A stretch of DNA of 64,000 nt from Eledone cirrhosa. Lineage: Eukaryota. A program made the position numbers and the translations under genes. Of this stretch, positions 28,170 through 42,037 are shown piece after piece. The DNA is taken from the NCBI GenBank assembly GCA_964016885.1, contig OZ024740.1:43834001-43898000 (forward strand). The letters are read 5' to 3'. The notes under the pieces were generated by a model. The model was given only the letters and a program-made list of their open reading frames with translations, was not told where the DNA came from and searched no databases. Positions within the stretch are counted from its first letter, which is position 1. Every line of letters begins with the position of its first letter.

Positions 28170-28645
28170 CTTACCTTGGCAGTTTAAGTATGACATCTTT
28201 AAGTCTTAGCCAGGGTAACGGTCGATGCTCGGAGAGGAGAACTTGTTTCCCCTTTGATGGAGGAGGCGGTGATACGTCGCATATTTAGAATGACACATGT
28301 TGTGACACTTTCTCCCCCGCCTACTTCATCTCTTCCGCCACAATCTCGAGCACAACCTCTCAAAATATAGCATTGTTGATGATAACTAATTAACAGGTAT
28401 TTACTGACGCTTTTCTCTTTTGTACATGTTACCATAGAGACCTCTCGTGAACTCGGACCGAGAAATGCCATTTTCCTCCTTCAAATTGGGACGAGGGGAA
28501 TTCACCACTGCGGAAGAGTAAAACGTCTGATGTAGCTAGCATTGCTTCATTTTCAACACAGTACGGCATTCACCATCTTGTCTGTCGGACAAAACTAAAA
28601 CATATGGTTAACGTAGACGTTCTCAAACTGTTTTACGTCATCGCC
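28170..28645 (-). promoter_or_regulatory. Candidate promoter or first exon with RFX X-box-like motifs
   Basis: GTTACCATAGAGAC 28428-28441, minus strand GTTACCCTGGCTAA 28206-28219, CRE-like TTACGTCA 28633-28640, minus strand donor AAG|GTAAGT near 28174; locally CpG-richer. Confidence 0.3.
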
Positions 28646-29544
28646 CACTTTGACATGGACAACTTTTCCACCGCTCACCTGTTTAGTAATTATTCAATCG
28701 CCATCTTTTTCTGTTCAGTTGTTCATAGTTCACCCAACACTTGCAATCGCCCAGATTGGAAAACCTGGGTTAAACTAAGTATGAAAAGTGTGTAACGGCA
28801 GTGTCTCAATCTTTTGGCGTTTTCCTTATTTCCTATCATTTTGTTCTTGTTTTTGTTTTTCAATATTTTGTAATTTTGATATTTCAAACATATTTTTAGA
28901 AATTAGTAGATGTTGAGATTGTTGTGTGAAGTGTGAAATGAGTAGGAAGGTGTTTGTTGTTATGATTGTAATCAATCTTATGTATTTCAAGTCAACATTT
29001 TCAAGTTAATACAGATAATCAAGAAATAGTGTTGATGAAATGATAGATCTTTTAGTATAGCTACCAGTGGTAATGGTTAATGGTAATAGTTGTTATGAAA
29101 GTGGTGGTGATTGTGGTAGTGGTAGTGTGGGTTATGATGGTTGTGGTGGTAAGGTGTATGTGGTGGTAGTGTTGTTGATGGTGATGATTATGTTGGTAGT
29201 GTGTTGTTGTTGGGGATGTTGGTAATGACGGGGGTGTTGCTTTTGGTGGTAGTTGTGTTGTTGTTTTTGGTGGTGGTGTTGCTGGTGGTGGTAGTTTTGT
29301 TGTTGTTGTTGGTGGTATTGGTGGTGTTGCCGGTAGCGTTCGTGCTAGAGAAGATCTGACAAATCTGTAATAGAATAACTTATTAAGCTTCCTCTGTAGA
29401 AGTAACAAATGTTAAAACATATTCTCACTTGTTCTATTTCCAATGACATTAATCACAACTTCAATTTTCTAAGTTTTCAGATTCCTCTTTATTTATTAGA
29501 AAGAAAGGAAATAGAGAGATATACCTTTATCATTATAATGATCA

Positions 29545-30302
29545 GACAACATGCTTTGCAACGGAGAGTTACGGCCCTTTATGATCTGAATTCAAATCAC
29601 GTCGAGGTTAACTTTGCCTTTCATCCTTGCGGGGTCGATAAAATAAAGTACCAGTAATACCTGGCCTTGTGCCAAATATAGGAACAATTATTATAATGAT
29701 CAATCAGCGCGGTGGATTGGCAGAATCGGTAGAGCGTCGAATCACATTCTTAGTGGCATAGAGTTACAGCCCTTTATGTTCTGAGTTCAACTCCCGCCGC
29801 GGGTAACTTTGCTTTTTCATCGATAAAAAAACACTGGGGTCGATTTAATCGACTCCCACCACACAAACAATAGTTGCTGGCCTTGTGCCTAAATCAGAAA
29901 CCGCTATTATAAGGGCTTCTTATATAGGCACAAGGCCAGCAATTTGGGGAGAGGGTAAAGTCGATTAAATCGACCCTATTTTATCGACCTCGTAATGATG
30001 AAAGGCAAAGTTAACCTCGGCGGGATTTGAACTCAGATCATAAAGGGCCGTAACTCTATGCTACAAAGCATGGCGTCCGACGCTTTACTAATACTGCCAA
30101 TCCTCCATTATAATTGTTTCTACTTTTGGCACAAGGCCAGCAATTAACCAGTACATTACTGGTACTTTATTTTATCGACCCCGTAAGGATGAAAGGCAAA
30201 GTTAACCTCGGCGAGATTTGAACTCAGAATGGCAAGGGCCGTAACTCTATGCGTCAAAGCATAGCGTCCGACCCTCTACCGATACTGCCAATCCACCGCC
30301 CT
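29545..30302. mobile_element. Four Nin/Deu-like SINEs (two plus, two minus)
   Basis: Conserved boxes and central domain; 30112-30302 flanked by TCCATTATAAT duplicates. Confidence 0.85.
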
Positions 30303-30639
30303 TTAATTTTCCATTATAATGATATATTTTTAGACCCGTTGAGCGGGTATGTATTTATTGAAAATTTAGAAGCTTCAACGTATTTTTATTTACTTATATT
30401 TTACTATGAAAAAATAGTCCAATAAGTTGGGCATAAAATCCCTGGTCGGAAAAAAATTGATAGCATCGCCTGTGCAACTTGAACTCACATGTAACGTGTG
30501 CCGGGCAGGCTGAGCTACCAATTGCTCGAAAGAGAGATTGACAGATTTTCGTAATTTTGAAGTCTTATCAATCGGCCAGATTGTAAACATTGATCTACTT
30601 CTAAAAAAATTGAGCAGATATATTTTATTATACATATCA

Positions 30640-30990
30640 ATATAGTATGGCCGGATGGTTAAGAAGTTTGTTTCGTGGCCCTCATAAAGTCGCGTAATCT
30701 TGGGCAAATGTTACTCATCATACTCCCGGATCGACTGAAGATTTGTGAGAAATATTGGGTACACGAAAGCTGTGTGGAAGCTTACCGGACGGAGTGTATC
30801 TGAAATTCTGTAATTCAAAAAGTCAGCCTTGCTTTGTCACATGCTATATCACGCTGAATCTCTCCGAGGATTATCTTAATTGTACACGTGCCTATGAAAT
30901 ACTCAGTGACTTCCACGTTAATTTCACCGAGGGCTGATACCTTGAAGATACATCAACGAAGCCGAAGGAGTTCCATTCCTATTAAACAAC
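30640..30990 (+). mobile_element. CORE-type SINE, degenerate
   Basis: tRNA-like head, CTTGGGCAAATGT core, 3' part shared with ~1900-1990 and ~27840-27950. Confidence 0.5.
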
Positions 30991-31214
30991 GAGGAAGGTG
31001 ACAGTGAAACGTAAACAACAACCTCAACATCTGTGTTAAGAATATAAATAACTTTTGAGTTGACTTCCTCTTTCGAAAATATGTCAGCCAATATTTTTAA
31101 CTATGATGCATATAAGTACATACGAAAAATGAATTGCAGTACACGAATAGAGGAACTATTAATGAAGTAGTAAAGAATAACCTATTGTTTATGTATCAAG
31201 AAATATCTATATAT

Positions 31215-31710
31215 ATATTTATTAAAATATCAGATTAAAATTTAAGCAAAGAATCGCTGCTTTCACCCTTAACGGGATCATCTGAAACTAACAAAGTCAA
31301 TCTGTGAACGCAGAAGTGAATATTTCAAAAAACGTTGCAACCAGAGGAAGACAGGAAGATGATACTTTGGTTCGTGGAAACGTTCCCTGGCAAAGAACGG
31401 GAAAAAACGAATATAATACGTCATTATTTGGAGCAGTGAAAAACAATTACACGCAAAGACAAAATCACGTTTATGGTATAAAAGAAGTCGTAGACTAATC
31501 AACGTTTTTTGAAATATTCACTTCTGCGTTCACAGATTGGCTTTGTTAGTTTCAGAAGATCCTGTTAAGGGTGAAAGCTGCGATTCTTTGCTTAAACTTT
31601 AATCTGTTATTTTAATAAATATTTGGTCTACGGTTCTTATATATTTGATATATATTTATCCGTATCGAGCCCTCTTTGGATTTTAGTCTTCAAATGTATT
31701 ATTATTACTA
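31215..31710. mobile_element. ORF-less head-to-head pLTR pair, HHR family E
   Basis: 31215-31339 is the reverse complement of 31500-31622; U4A HHR motifs at 31239-31289 (minus) and 31548-31598 (plus). Confidence 0.75.
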
Positions 31711-31734
31711 TATATATATATATAAATATATATA

Positions 31735-32138
31735 TATTCAATGATATTAAATAAATGGAAACTATATTTATAAAACCATATTTATTCTATTATATATATT
31801 TCAAGGTTACCAAAACTTTGGTACGCTCTCATCAGATAAAATGCAAAGTTTGTTTTATAAATAACGTTTTGTTCTGCCCTATACCTCAACCTTATTTGCA
31901 TACTCATCTTAATAATTTGCAATATTTGACTTTTCTTCTCTTTCCCTTCTTTCCTTTTACTATCCAGGAAAAACTTGAACCGTTAAACTCTTCTTCCTGG
32001 ATATGTCAATATTTATAAAACAAACTTTGTATTTTATCTGATGAGAGAGTACCAAAGTTTTGGTACCCTTGAAATATATATAATAGAATAAATATGGTTT
32101 TATAAATATAGTTTCCATTGATTTAATATCATTGAATA
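31735..32138 (+). mobile_element. ORF-less head-to-head pLTR pair, HHR family A
   Basis: 31735-31862 is the reverse complement of 32010-32138; second HHR copy at ~31783-31842 (minus). Confidence 0.75.
32030..32090 (+). ncRNA. Type I hammerhead motif, family A
   Basis: TATTTTAT-CTGATGA-GAGAGTACCAAA.g.TTTTGGTACCCTT-GAAA-TATATA-TA-ATAGAATA. Confidence 0.75.
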
Positions 32139-32239
32139 TTATACTCCAGAAAACTTGTTGAGTGCTTCGAATCAGTTATAAACATATATATTTGTTGAAT
32201 TACCAACAAATTAAATATCCCTTTTGCTTATATATATAT

Positions 32240-34503
32240 GTGTTTCTCCAGTGCAAGGCGCATACAATAGTCCACTACGATGATAAAAAGGTAGGGAGCC
32301 AATGTATCTCCCTGGAGCACTCCAGCCAGTATCTCAAAGAACTCTGTCATCCCATCAGGTGTAATGACTTGGGCTTTGGTGTTGGTGTAGAGCAGTGATA
32401 TGAGGTCCACTATCCTCCTGGGGATTCCATAAGCCTGTAAGATCTTCATCAGGCAGTAACGGTCCACAGAATCAAAGGCCTTCCTAAAGTCAATGAAAAC
32501 CATGACCGCAGGAAGGCACTTTGCTCTAGCTCCCTCTAATATCCTCCTCAGCATCAGGATGTGACTGGTGGTTGATCTACCCTCTCTGAAGCCGTTCTGG
32601 TTGTCCCTGAGCTTCTTCTCCATCTCAGGCTGGATCCTGTTAAGAATCATCCTGTTGAGGGTCTTTGCCACAAGTGACGTCAGTGAGATCCCCCGGTAGT
32701 TGTTGGTGTTAGAGAGATCTCCCTTCTTTGGCACTGGGACGATGTTACTGATCCTCCACTGATTCGGGGCAACTCCTTTCTCCAGTGCCCCGTTACAGAA
32801 CCCCAGGATGATATCATCAAAATCACACCTCTTCATCACCTCTGATGCCACTCCATCTTCTCCATGAGCCTTGCCCTCCTTGATCTTCTTCTTGGCTCTC
32901 TGAAGCTCTTCTCTGGTGAAGGGCTCTGTCTCAACATCCAGTTCCTCAAACAGCCGCCTGATCTCCCCAGTGCTCTGGGCTGTGGAGGGTGGCTCTCCTA
33001 GTAGGGTCCTAAAATGGTCTAGCCATTTCCTCTTCCTATCCTCGGGCCCCGTTCCCTGGATCTGACTCGAACACCATTTCTTCCTCCCTGTGATCTCGTT
33101 GATGATCATCCAGCTCTCCTTACATCCAGATCTGTCAACCGCTCTCTCCACACTTCTGATCTTCTCTATCAGTGCCTCCTCTCTGACTTCAGTGTAAGCG
33201 GTACAGAGCTCTTCCCTCATCACCTCCACAGTCTCCATCCTCTCCTCCGTAGGATCAGCATAGAATTGGTCCCTGGCAGCTTTCAGGTGTTCTCTGGCTG
33301 CGCACACTTTTGGGTTTGCAGAGCTGGCGTGCTTCCCTTTGTTCTCTTTCCTCGGCACCAGGGTTTCACTTGCTTTCGCCACTGCATTGGTGAAGTGCCC
33401 GTACCTCCCCGTCACACTCTCCTCAGTCCATCCAATCTCTCTCTCCTCTGACTCTCCACACAGAGCACTAAACCTGTTTCTCACTTCCACTGTGAACCTC
33501 TCCTGTAGCTTATCATCTTCCTTGAAAGCTCCCCATCATAGATTGTTCTCCGGGACTGAGCCTTGCTCTTTCTTAAGCTCACGCGGACCTCACTCATAAC
33601 AAGCCGGTGGTCACTACCCAGTGTACTGAAATAGCTGTATGTTTCCGTGTTCAGAACACTATTCCGCCACTTTTTCCTCACCAGAATGAAATCAATCTGG
33701 GACTTGGACAGGTGCATATCTGAGATGTAGGTCCACATCTTCCCCAGATTCTTCCTAAACCCTAGGTTGGTCGCCATCAAGTTCGCCTCCAGCAGGGTGT
33801 CTCTCAGTAGTCTTCCATTTCGGTTGGTGTTGTTATGGAAGTACCAGCAAGGATCTTCACTGCCCTCCTTACTCAGATGTGCATTGAAGTCCCCCAAAAC
33901 AAGCAGGATATTGTGTGCCTGAGTGGTGTTGACAGCTCTACACACCCCCTCATGGAACTCCTCGGCATTCACGTCACTGTCGCCCTCGGTTGGACTATAG
34001 GCTGAGATGACTGTCAGTCTTGGGTTTCCATTGAAGGTCACCCCCAACACTCGCGGGGAGATAGGCATTATTTCCCTCACCAACAGATTGGTTTTTGCAC
34101 TGAACACAAAACCCACTCCTCCTACTGCAGCATTTGTTGTGTTCTTCACTGCCGATGTAGTGATGAGCTGGCTCTTCCTCCCGATCATCACACTCCTCAC
34201 GGGCTCATCGTGTAGAATCCTGTGTTCTTGGATCGCAAGTATCTGTATACCACTCTCCTCGAACAGATGTCAAAACTCCTCTCTCTTCTCCAGCGTTCGA
34301 ATAGTCCTCACATTCAAAGTGCCCATTTTGATGGCTCTTCAGCAGGACAAAACTGCATTCTTTATATTTGTCTCAGAGACAGCTGATCCACCATCCACTG
34401 GCCCTCTCTGTGGCTCTAAGCCAGCAGAGTCATAACGACCAGGCTGCTCCTTGACAGTGTAATCAGGGGCCCTAACCCTAGTGCTGTTAGAACGACTCTC
34501 CAT
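32240..34503 (-). pseudogene. RTE AP-endonuclease and RT N-half (stops and one frameshift)
   Basis: GTLNVRT, AIQEHR, SAYSPT, LGDFNA, QIDFILV, GSDHRLV; PVPKKGD, YRGISL, QNGFR, FIDFRKAFDSV, GVLQGDTLAPYLF. Confidence 0.93.
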
Positions 34504-34715
34504 ATTTCTTTTCAATGGCTGACAATACCTTACCGGCGCCACTCGAATAAGGTAGTTATTTAACCCATAAATGGAGCCCTAACAGGTACTACCACCTCGG
34601 GCCAGGGCAGACCTGGGAGTCATGACAACTAAGGGGTAACTCCACATTCCCCACATCTCCTGAACTCCCGAACTGGAGCCTTGCCACTGGATGTAGTTTA
34701 ATGTCATACCCAGGA

Positions 34716-35576
34716 CTTGCACTGGAGAAACACCAGGACTCTGGATTTACTGTAGCACCGGCTCAGAGCAGGAGAGTTGGGGCGAAAAAGGTATCGGATG
34801 CTGAATTTGCCGACGACATAGTTTTGGTGACAAATACAGTGAAGGAGGCAGAGGATTTGATGCGGGAGGTTGAGATTGTGTCGATGAGTGTGGGGCTGAG
34901 AATGAATGAGACTAAAACAAAATATCTGGTATAGAATGTTGAGAAGCCAGAGGGGATCACTAATGTAGGCGGGAAGCCGCTGGAATTGGTTGAGGACTTC
35001 CTGTATTTGGGAGCAAAGATTGGGAATACGGAAGATGATGTGGTTGAGAGGAAGAGCAAGGCCTGGGCGGCGTGTCACAGCTTGAGGTCGGTGTGGAAGT
35101 CGGACCTTCGTAGAGACCTGAAAATCCGCCTCTTCATTTCTGTAGTGGAGTCTGTGCTGCTGTATGGGTCTGAGACTTGGACACTGACCAAGAGACTCAC
35201 TCAGATGGTGGATGGGTGCTACACGAGAATGCTGAGGATGGCTCTGAACATTAATCAGTATACACTGAGGATGAAAAACTCAGAGCTGTATGGGAGCATC
35301 CCAAAAGTCAGCTCAAAAGTGACACAGAGGAGACTGAGGTTGGCTGGACATGCTCACCGACATCCAGAGTTGACATTGCACTCAGTGCTCCTTTGGGAGC
35401 CCCTACATGGACACACTAGAAGAGGAAGACCAAGGTTAACATATGTTGATGCCCTAAGGACAGACACTGGTCTGTTGAAGATGCAGGATATGGCAGCGAT
35501 AATGAGGGACGGAGACCGCTGGAGAGAACTCGTCCATGGATCTCGGGAATTTTACCCACCTCAGATAAATAGATAG
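34716..35576 (+). pseudogene. RTE RT C-half
   Basis: Continues LALEKH..FADDI, FLYLGA, LLYGSETW, RRLRLAGH, RRGRP; one in-frame TAG at 34932. Confidence 0.93.
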
Positions 35577-35859
35577 ATATATATGTGTGTGTGTGTGTGT
35601 GTGTTTATAAATATTCATACATATTTGTATATTTATAAGAATATATATATATATATATATATGTAGATAAATCTACCAAGAGTTTACGGTAGTGTCCAAT
35701 CCGTATGAAGAACTCAATGTATTCCGGATATCATGGAAAGAAGAGATGTAATGAAAAATCACTTTCGGTGAAAGATAAACGGTATACAGAGTCAAGATAA
35801 AATATTAAACAAATAATGAATAAAACAATGAAACAGTTCCTTATATTAAACAAAAAAAG

Positions 35860-36013
35860 TTCATTATTTAACGATCGTTTCTAGGATATATATGTGTTAG
35901 AATTGGCATGCATATTCAACAGATCTATGTACAAAATTATACAAAATTATACAAACTATCAAGATTAAATATACATACCAACACATATATACGCCGTCTT
36001 CAGAAATAATGAA
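35860..36013 (-). ncRNA. Type I hammerhead motif, family J
   Basis: Reverse-complement copy of 41534-41687. Confidence 0.8.
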
Positions 36014-36625
36014 ATATATTTATTGATAATAACAACAATTCAAAATTTCAGGTCCGTTTGGGAACAAAATTGACCAATGAAAATACAAAAGGTTTTATGC
36101 AGTTCGGTGTGTGTATATACATGTAACTACCCTTACACATATTTTACAAAAATGTATGCTCAACATGTATACGCACACCAAAAGGATGGATGCAAATACA
36201 AAATTTCAAGGTTAATGTCTCTGTAAGTTTATAATGCACAGATAAGATGCGTATAGACACATAAATATGAAATAAGTGTATACACATATTCTCATACTCA
36301 CACATATCCGTACAATCACACACACGCGCGCGTATATGCATAAACATACACATAATTACGAACATACAAACACACACACACCCCCACTCACATATATATA
36401 TGTGGATATAATATCATAAGCACATGGATATTAATTCACTCACATAAACACTGTCACACACATTTAGATCAAGATACAGAAATTAGGTGGGAGGGGGGAG
36501 AGGTCAGTATTCAACGGTTTGGGCAGACTGCTTATTATAGATGTATCTATAAACTAAGAAAATAAAAAATAAAAATTAAAAAGGAAAGAAAAGAAAAAGA
36601 AAAAAGAAAAAAGAAATATATCAAG

Positions 36626-36694
<69 letters not shown>

Positions 36695-36791
36695 ACATAC
36701 ATACATATACACACATCCACACTTAGAACATACATACACACACATATATAAACATATACATATATACACATACACACATATACACACATAC

Positions 36792-36844
<53 letters not shown>

Positions 36845-37145
36845 TACACATATAATCACACATACTAAATAGACACACATATATATACACACATACACGC
36901 ACATATACATACACATACATACTTATATACATACAGATATACACATACATACCTATATATAGACGCAAATACATACAGATATACATACATACATACACAC
37001 AAATACTTACGCATCCATATATCGGTATATACATACAAACACCACTACACTCTCACACAACTCAGACATACAAAGAAAAAGGTATATACCTATATACATA
37101 TACATATACAAATAGAGATACATATACATATATGTATATATATAT

Positions 37146-37182
<37 letters not shown>

Positions 37183-37238
37183 CACATATACACACATATA
37201 CATACATACACATACATACATGCACACACACATACATA

Positions 37239-37272
<34 letters not shown>

Positions 37273-37372
37273 GTCATACACACACATACACCTACACGAA
37301 CATACACATACACATATATAAAGATATATATACACACACACACATACACACACACACATATATATAAAATAA

Positions 37373-37413
<41 letters not shown>

Positions 37414-37740
37414 CATATACATACACACATACATAGACATATATGTACATACATACACATACATACATACATACACACACATATATACATATATATACAC
37501 ACATAGACACATACATACATACACACACAACATACATACACACACATATATACTCATACATAGAATTAGATATATATTCATACATACATACGCACTTACA
37601 TATACTCATATATACAAATACATACGCATCCATATATGCGTATATACATACAAACACCACTACACCCTCACACAACTCAGACATACAAAGAAAAAGGCAT
37701 ATACATATACATATATACACGCATTAATAGAGATATATAT

Positions 37741-37775
<35 letters not shown>

Positions 37776-37993
37776 CATTTATATATATACACCCACACAC
37801 ACATACAACCATAAACACACATACAAAACATACAAACACACACATACACATATATATACACATACATATATATACACACACACAAAAAACAGACATACAT
37901 ATATATATTTTTTTACACATATATATACACATATATATACATATACACACCCTCACATATACACACATACACATAAGTTATATTATAATAATA

Positions 37994-38038
<45 letters not shown>

Positions 38039-39040
38039 CGAATATAGACATATATACACACATAGATATATATATATATATATACATATACACACACACA
38101 CACACACACTCACATATATATGTGTGTGCGCACACGTACATATATACACATACACACATATACACGTAAACACATACATGTGCATACATGCACATACAAC
38201 ACATATACCCACATAGATACGAAGATAGACATATAAATAGAGAGACATACATATATATACACACACATATATACATACATACATACACACACATATATAT
38301 ACACATACTCACATACACATACACATATATATACACATGCATATATACACATATATATATACATACACACATATATATACACACAATCTTACATTCTTAT
38401 TTGCATGCGCATATATGTATTTTTATATTCAGATATAAATACCCAAACATATATACACCTACCTACATATATATTCATACATACACGCTTACAAACACAG
38501 ATGATAATAGTATGGGGGAAAGGGGGGGGTTGGAGAAGGGGATTATAGTAAATATATGTTTCAAGAAACATAGAATATTATCTGTATCTGGATCCAATGT
38601 ATGTTTTTACATAGTTTCAGTGTTAGGAAATACAAGAAATAAGGCAAAATTTATGCATTTCAAAATAAATAAGTATACCATTAATTATATGTTAACTAAA
38701 CTAAAGATAGTTAACATATTGATTTCTAAGGTGTAAATTAGTTAGGTTTATAATATTTGAAGCAGAATTTTGAAGTTAAATAGTAGTAGAGTATTAATTA
38801 TAGTATAACTAAATTAAAGTTAATAACGTTATGGTATCAATATTAGGAAATGAATTTAGTAATAGGGAAAAAACAAATAAAGTATTACATCGGTAGTAGA
38901 ATATAAATTATAGGTTAACTAAATTAAAAATTATATATTAATTTCTATAGTATATGTTAATTAGGTATATAATAAATAAAACAGATATTGTATTTTATCA
39001 ATAGCAGAATATAATTATATGCAAATAGAAATCAAAATTA

Positions 39041-39071
<31 letters not shown>

Positions 39072-39088
39072 CACATATATATATACAT

Positions 39089-39131
<43 letters not shown>

Positions 39132-39502
39132 TACACATACATATACATACATACATATACATATTTTTTCAAAAATTGCAAAGAATATATTAACTAGGTA
39201 TATATCCAAAACACATCCCATTCTATGATTACATGACATTCTGCAATCCTGCAATGTGTAGTATGTATGTATATATGTGTGTGTATATATATGTATGTCT
39301 CTCTATTTATATGTCTATCTTCGTATCTATGTGGGTATATGTGTTGTATGTGCATGTATGCACATGTATGTGTTTACGTGTATATGTGTGTATGTGTATA
39401 TATGTACGTGTGCGCACACACATATATATGTGAGTGTGTGTGTGTGTGTGTGTATATGTATATATATATATATATCTATGTGTGTATATATGTCTATATT
39501 CG

Positions 39503-39545
<43 letters not shown>

Positions 39546-40123
39546 TATTATTATAATATAACTTATGTGTATGTGTGTATATGTGAGGGTGTGTATATGT
39601 ATATATATGTGTATATATATGTGTAAAAAAATATATATATGTATGTCTGTTTTTTGTGTGTGTGTATATATATGTATGTGTATATATATGTGTATGTGTG
39701 TGTTTGTATGTTTTGTATGTGTGTTTATGGTTGTATGTGTGTGTGGGTGTATATATATAAATGTATGTGTATATATATATATATATATATATGTGTATAT
39801 ATATCTCTATTAATGCGTGTATATATGTATATGTATATGCCTTTTTCTTTGTATGTCTGAGTTGTGTGAGGGTGTAGTGGTGTTTGTATGTATATACGCA
39901 TATATGGATGCGTATGTATTTGTATATATGAGTATATGTAAGTGCGTATGTATGTATGAATATATATCTAATTCTATGTATGAGTATATATGTGTGTGTA
40001 TGTATGTTGTGTGTGTATGTATGTATGTGTCTATGTGTGTATATATATGTATATATGTGTGTGTAAGTATGTATGTATGTGTATGTATGTACATATATGT
40101 CTATGTATGTGTGTATGTATATG

Positions 40124-40170
<47 letters not shown>

Positions 40171-40270
40171 TTATTTTATATATATGTGTGTGTGTGTATG
40201 TGTGTGTGTGTATATATATCTTTATATATGTGTATGTGTATGTTCGTGTAGGTGTATGTGTGTGTATGAC

Positions 40271-40304
<34 letters not shown>

Positions 40305-40364
40305 TGTATATGTATGTGTGTGTACATGTATGTATGTGTATGTATGTATATGTGTGTATATGTG

Positions 40365-40399
<35 letters not shown>

Positions 40400-40702
40400 A
40401 TATATATATATATATATATGTATATGTATCTCTATTTGTATATGTATATGTATATAGGTATATACCTTTTTCTTTGTATGTCTGAGTTGTGTGAGAGTGT
40501 AGTGGTGTTTGTATGTATATACCGATATATGGATGCGTAAGTATTTGTGTGTATGTATGTATGTATATCTGTATGTATTTGCGTTTATATATAGGTATGT
40601 ATGTGTATATCTGTATGTATATAAGTATGTATGTGTATGTATATGTGCGTGTATGTGTGTATATATATGTGTGTCTATTTAGTATGTGTGATTATATGTG
40701 TA

Positions 40703-40749
<47 letters not shown>

Positions 40750-40846
40750 GTATGTGTGTATATGTGTGTATGTGTATATATGTATATGTTTATATATGTG
40801 TGTGTATGTATGTTCTAAGTGTGGATGTGTGTATATGTATGTATGT

Positions 40847-40919
<73 letters not shown>

Positions 40920-41533
40920 CTTGATATATTTCTTTTTTCTTTTTTTCTTTTTCTTTTCTTTCCTTTTTAATTTTTATTTTTTATTTTCTTAGTTTATAGA
41001 TACATCTATAATACGCAGTCTGCCCAAACCGTTGAATACTGACCTCTCCCCCCCTCCCACCTAATTTCTGTATCTTGATCTAAATGTGTGTGACAGTGTT
41101 TATGTGAGTGAATTAATATCCATGTGCTTATGATATTATATCCACATATATATATGTGAGTGGGGGTGTGTGTGTGTTTGTATGTTCGTAATTATGTGTA
41201 TGTTTATGCATATACGCGCGCGTGTGTGTGATTGTACGGATATGTGTGAGTATGAGAATATGTGTATACACGTATTTCATATTTATGTGTCTATACGCAT
41301 CTTATCTGTGCATTATAAACTTACAGAGACATTAACCTTGAAATTTTGTATTTGCATCCATCCTTTTGGTGTGCGTATACATGTTGAGCATACATTTTTG
41401 TAAAATATGTGTAAGGGTAGTTACATGTATATACACACACCGAACTGCATAAAACCTTTTGTATTTTCATTGGTCAATTTTGTTCCCAAACGGACCTGAA
41501 ATTTTGAATTGTTGTTATTATCAATAAATATAT

Positions 41534-41687
41534 TTCATTATTTCTGAAGACGGCGTATATATGTGTTGGTATGTATATTTAATCTTGATAGTTTGTATAA
41601 TTTTGTATAATTTTGTACATAGATCTGTTGAATATGCATGCCAATTCTAACACATATATATCCTAGAAACGATCGTTAAATAATGAA
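41534..41687 (+). ncRNA. Type I hammerhead motif, family J (about 115-nt stem II)
   Basis: TTCATTATTT-CTGAAGA-..TATATATGTGTTGG...CTAACACATATATA..-GAAA-CGATCG-TT-AAATAATGAA; 10-bp stem I. Confidence 0.82.
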
Positions 41688-42037
41688 CTTTTTTTGTTTA
41701 ATATAAGGAACTGTTTCATTGTTTTATTCATTATTTGTTTAATATTTTATCTTGACTCTGTATACCGTTTATCTTTCACCGAAAGTGATTTTTCATTACA
41801 TCTCTTCTTTCCATGATATCCGGAATACATTGAGTTCTTCATACGGATTGGACACTACCGTAAACTCTTGGTAGATTTATCTACATAATTTTGCTCCTAT
41901 TTTCACGGAAATATTCGTATTTTTGTACTGTATGTGTGTATTAATTTTATATTTATGTATATACATATATATGTATGATTTTATAAACCCATATACATTT
42001 AGTTGAGCTCTTTCAATTGTCCATCATCCATATCACA

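Larger units (their letters stand above)
32240..35578. mobile_element. Near full-length RTE-clade LINE with twin-priming 5' inversion
   Basis: 5' part on minus (34715 to 32240), 3' part on plus (34716-35578); 18-nt breakpoint duplication; (AGAT)n tail; ATATATATGTGT TSD. Confidence 0.92.

Noticed and set aside
28199-28471. 90-aa ORF as a host gene
   Set aside because: No recognisable domain, and it stops before the nearby splice donor. Kept only as a regulatory or noncoding-exon candidate.
29061-29408. Pro/Thr/His-rich ORF
   Set aside because: Degenerate (GGT/GTT)n trinucleotide tract.
35661-41886. Large inverted repeats as assembly fold-back artefacts
   Set aside because: Across the window, arms differ by substitutions, repeat lengths and arm-specific insertions, end at different tail positions in (TA)n, and match known PLE architecture. 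Read-level confirmation is still advisable.
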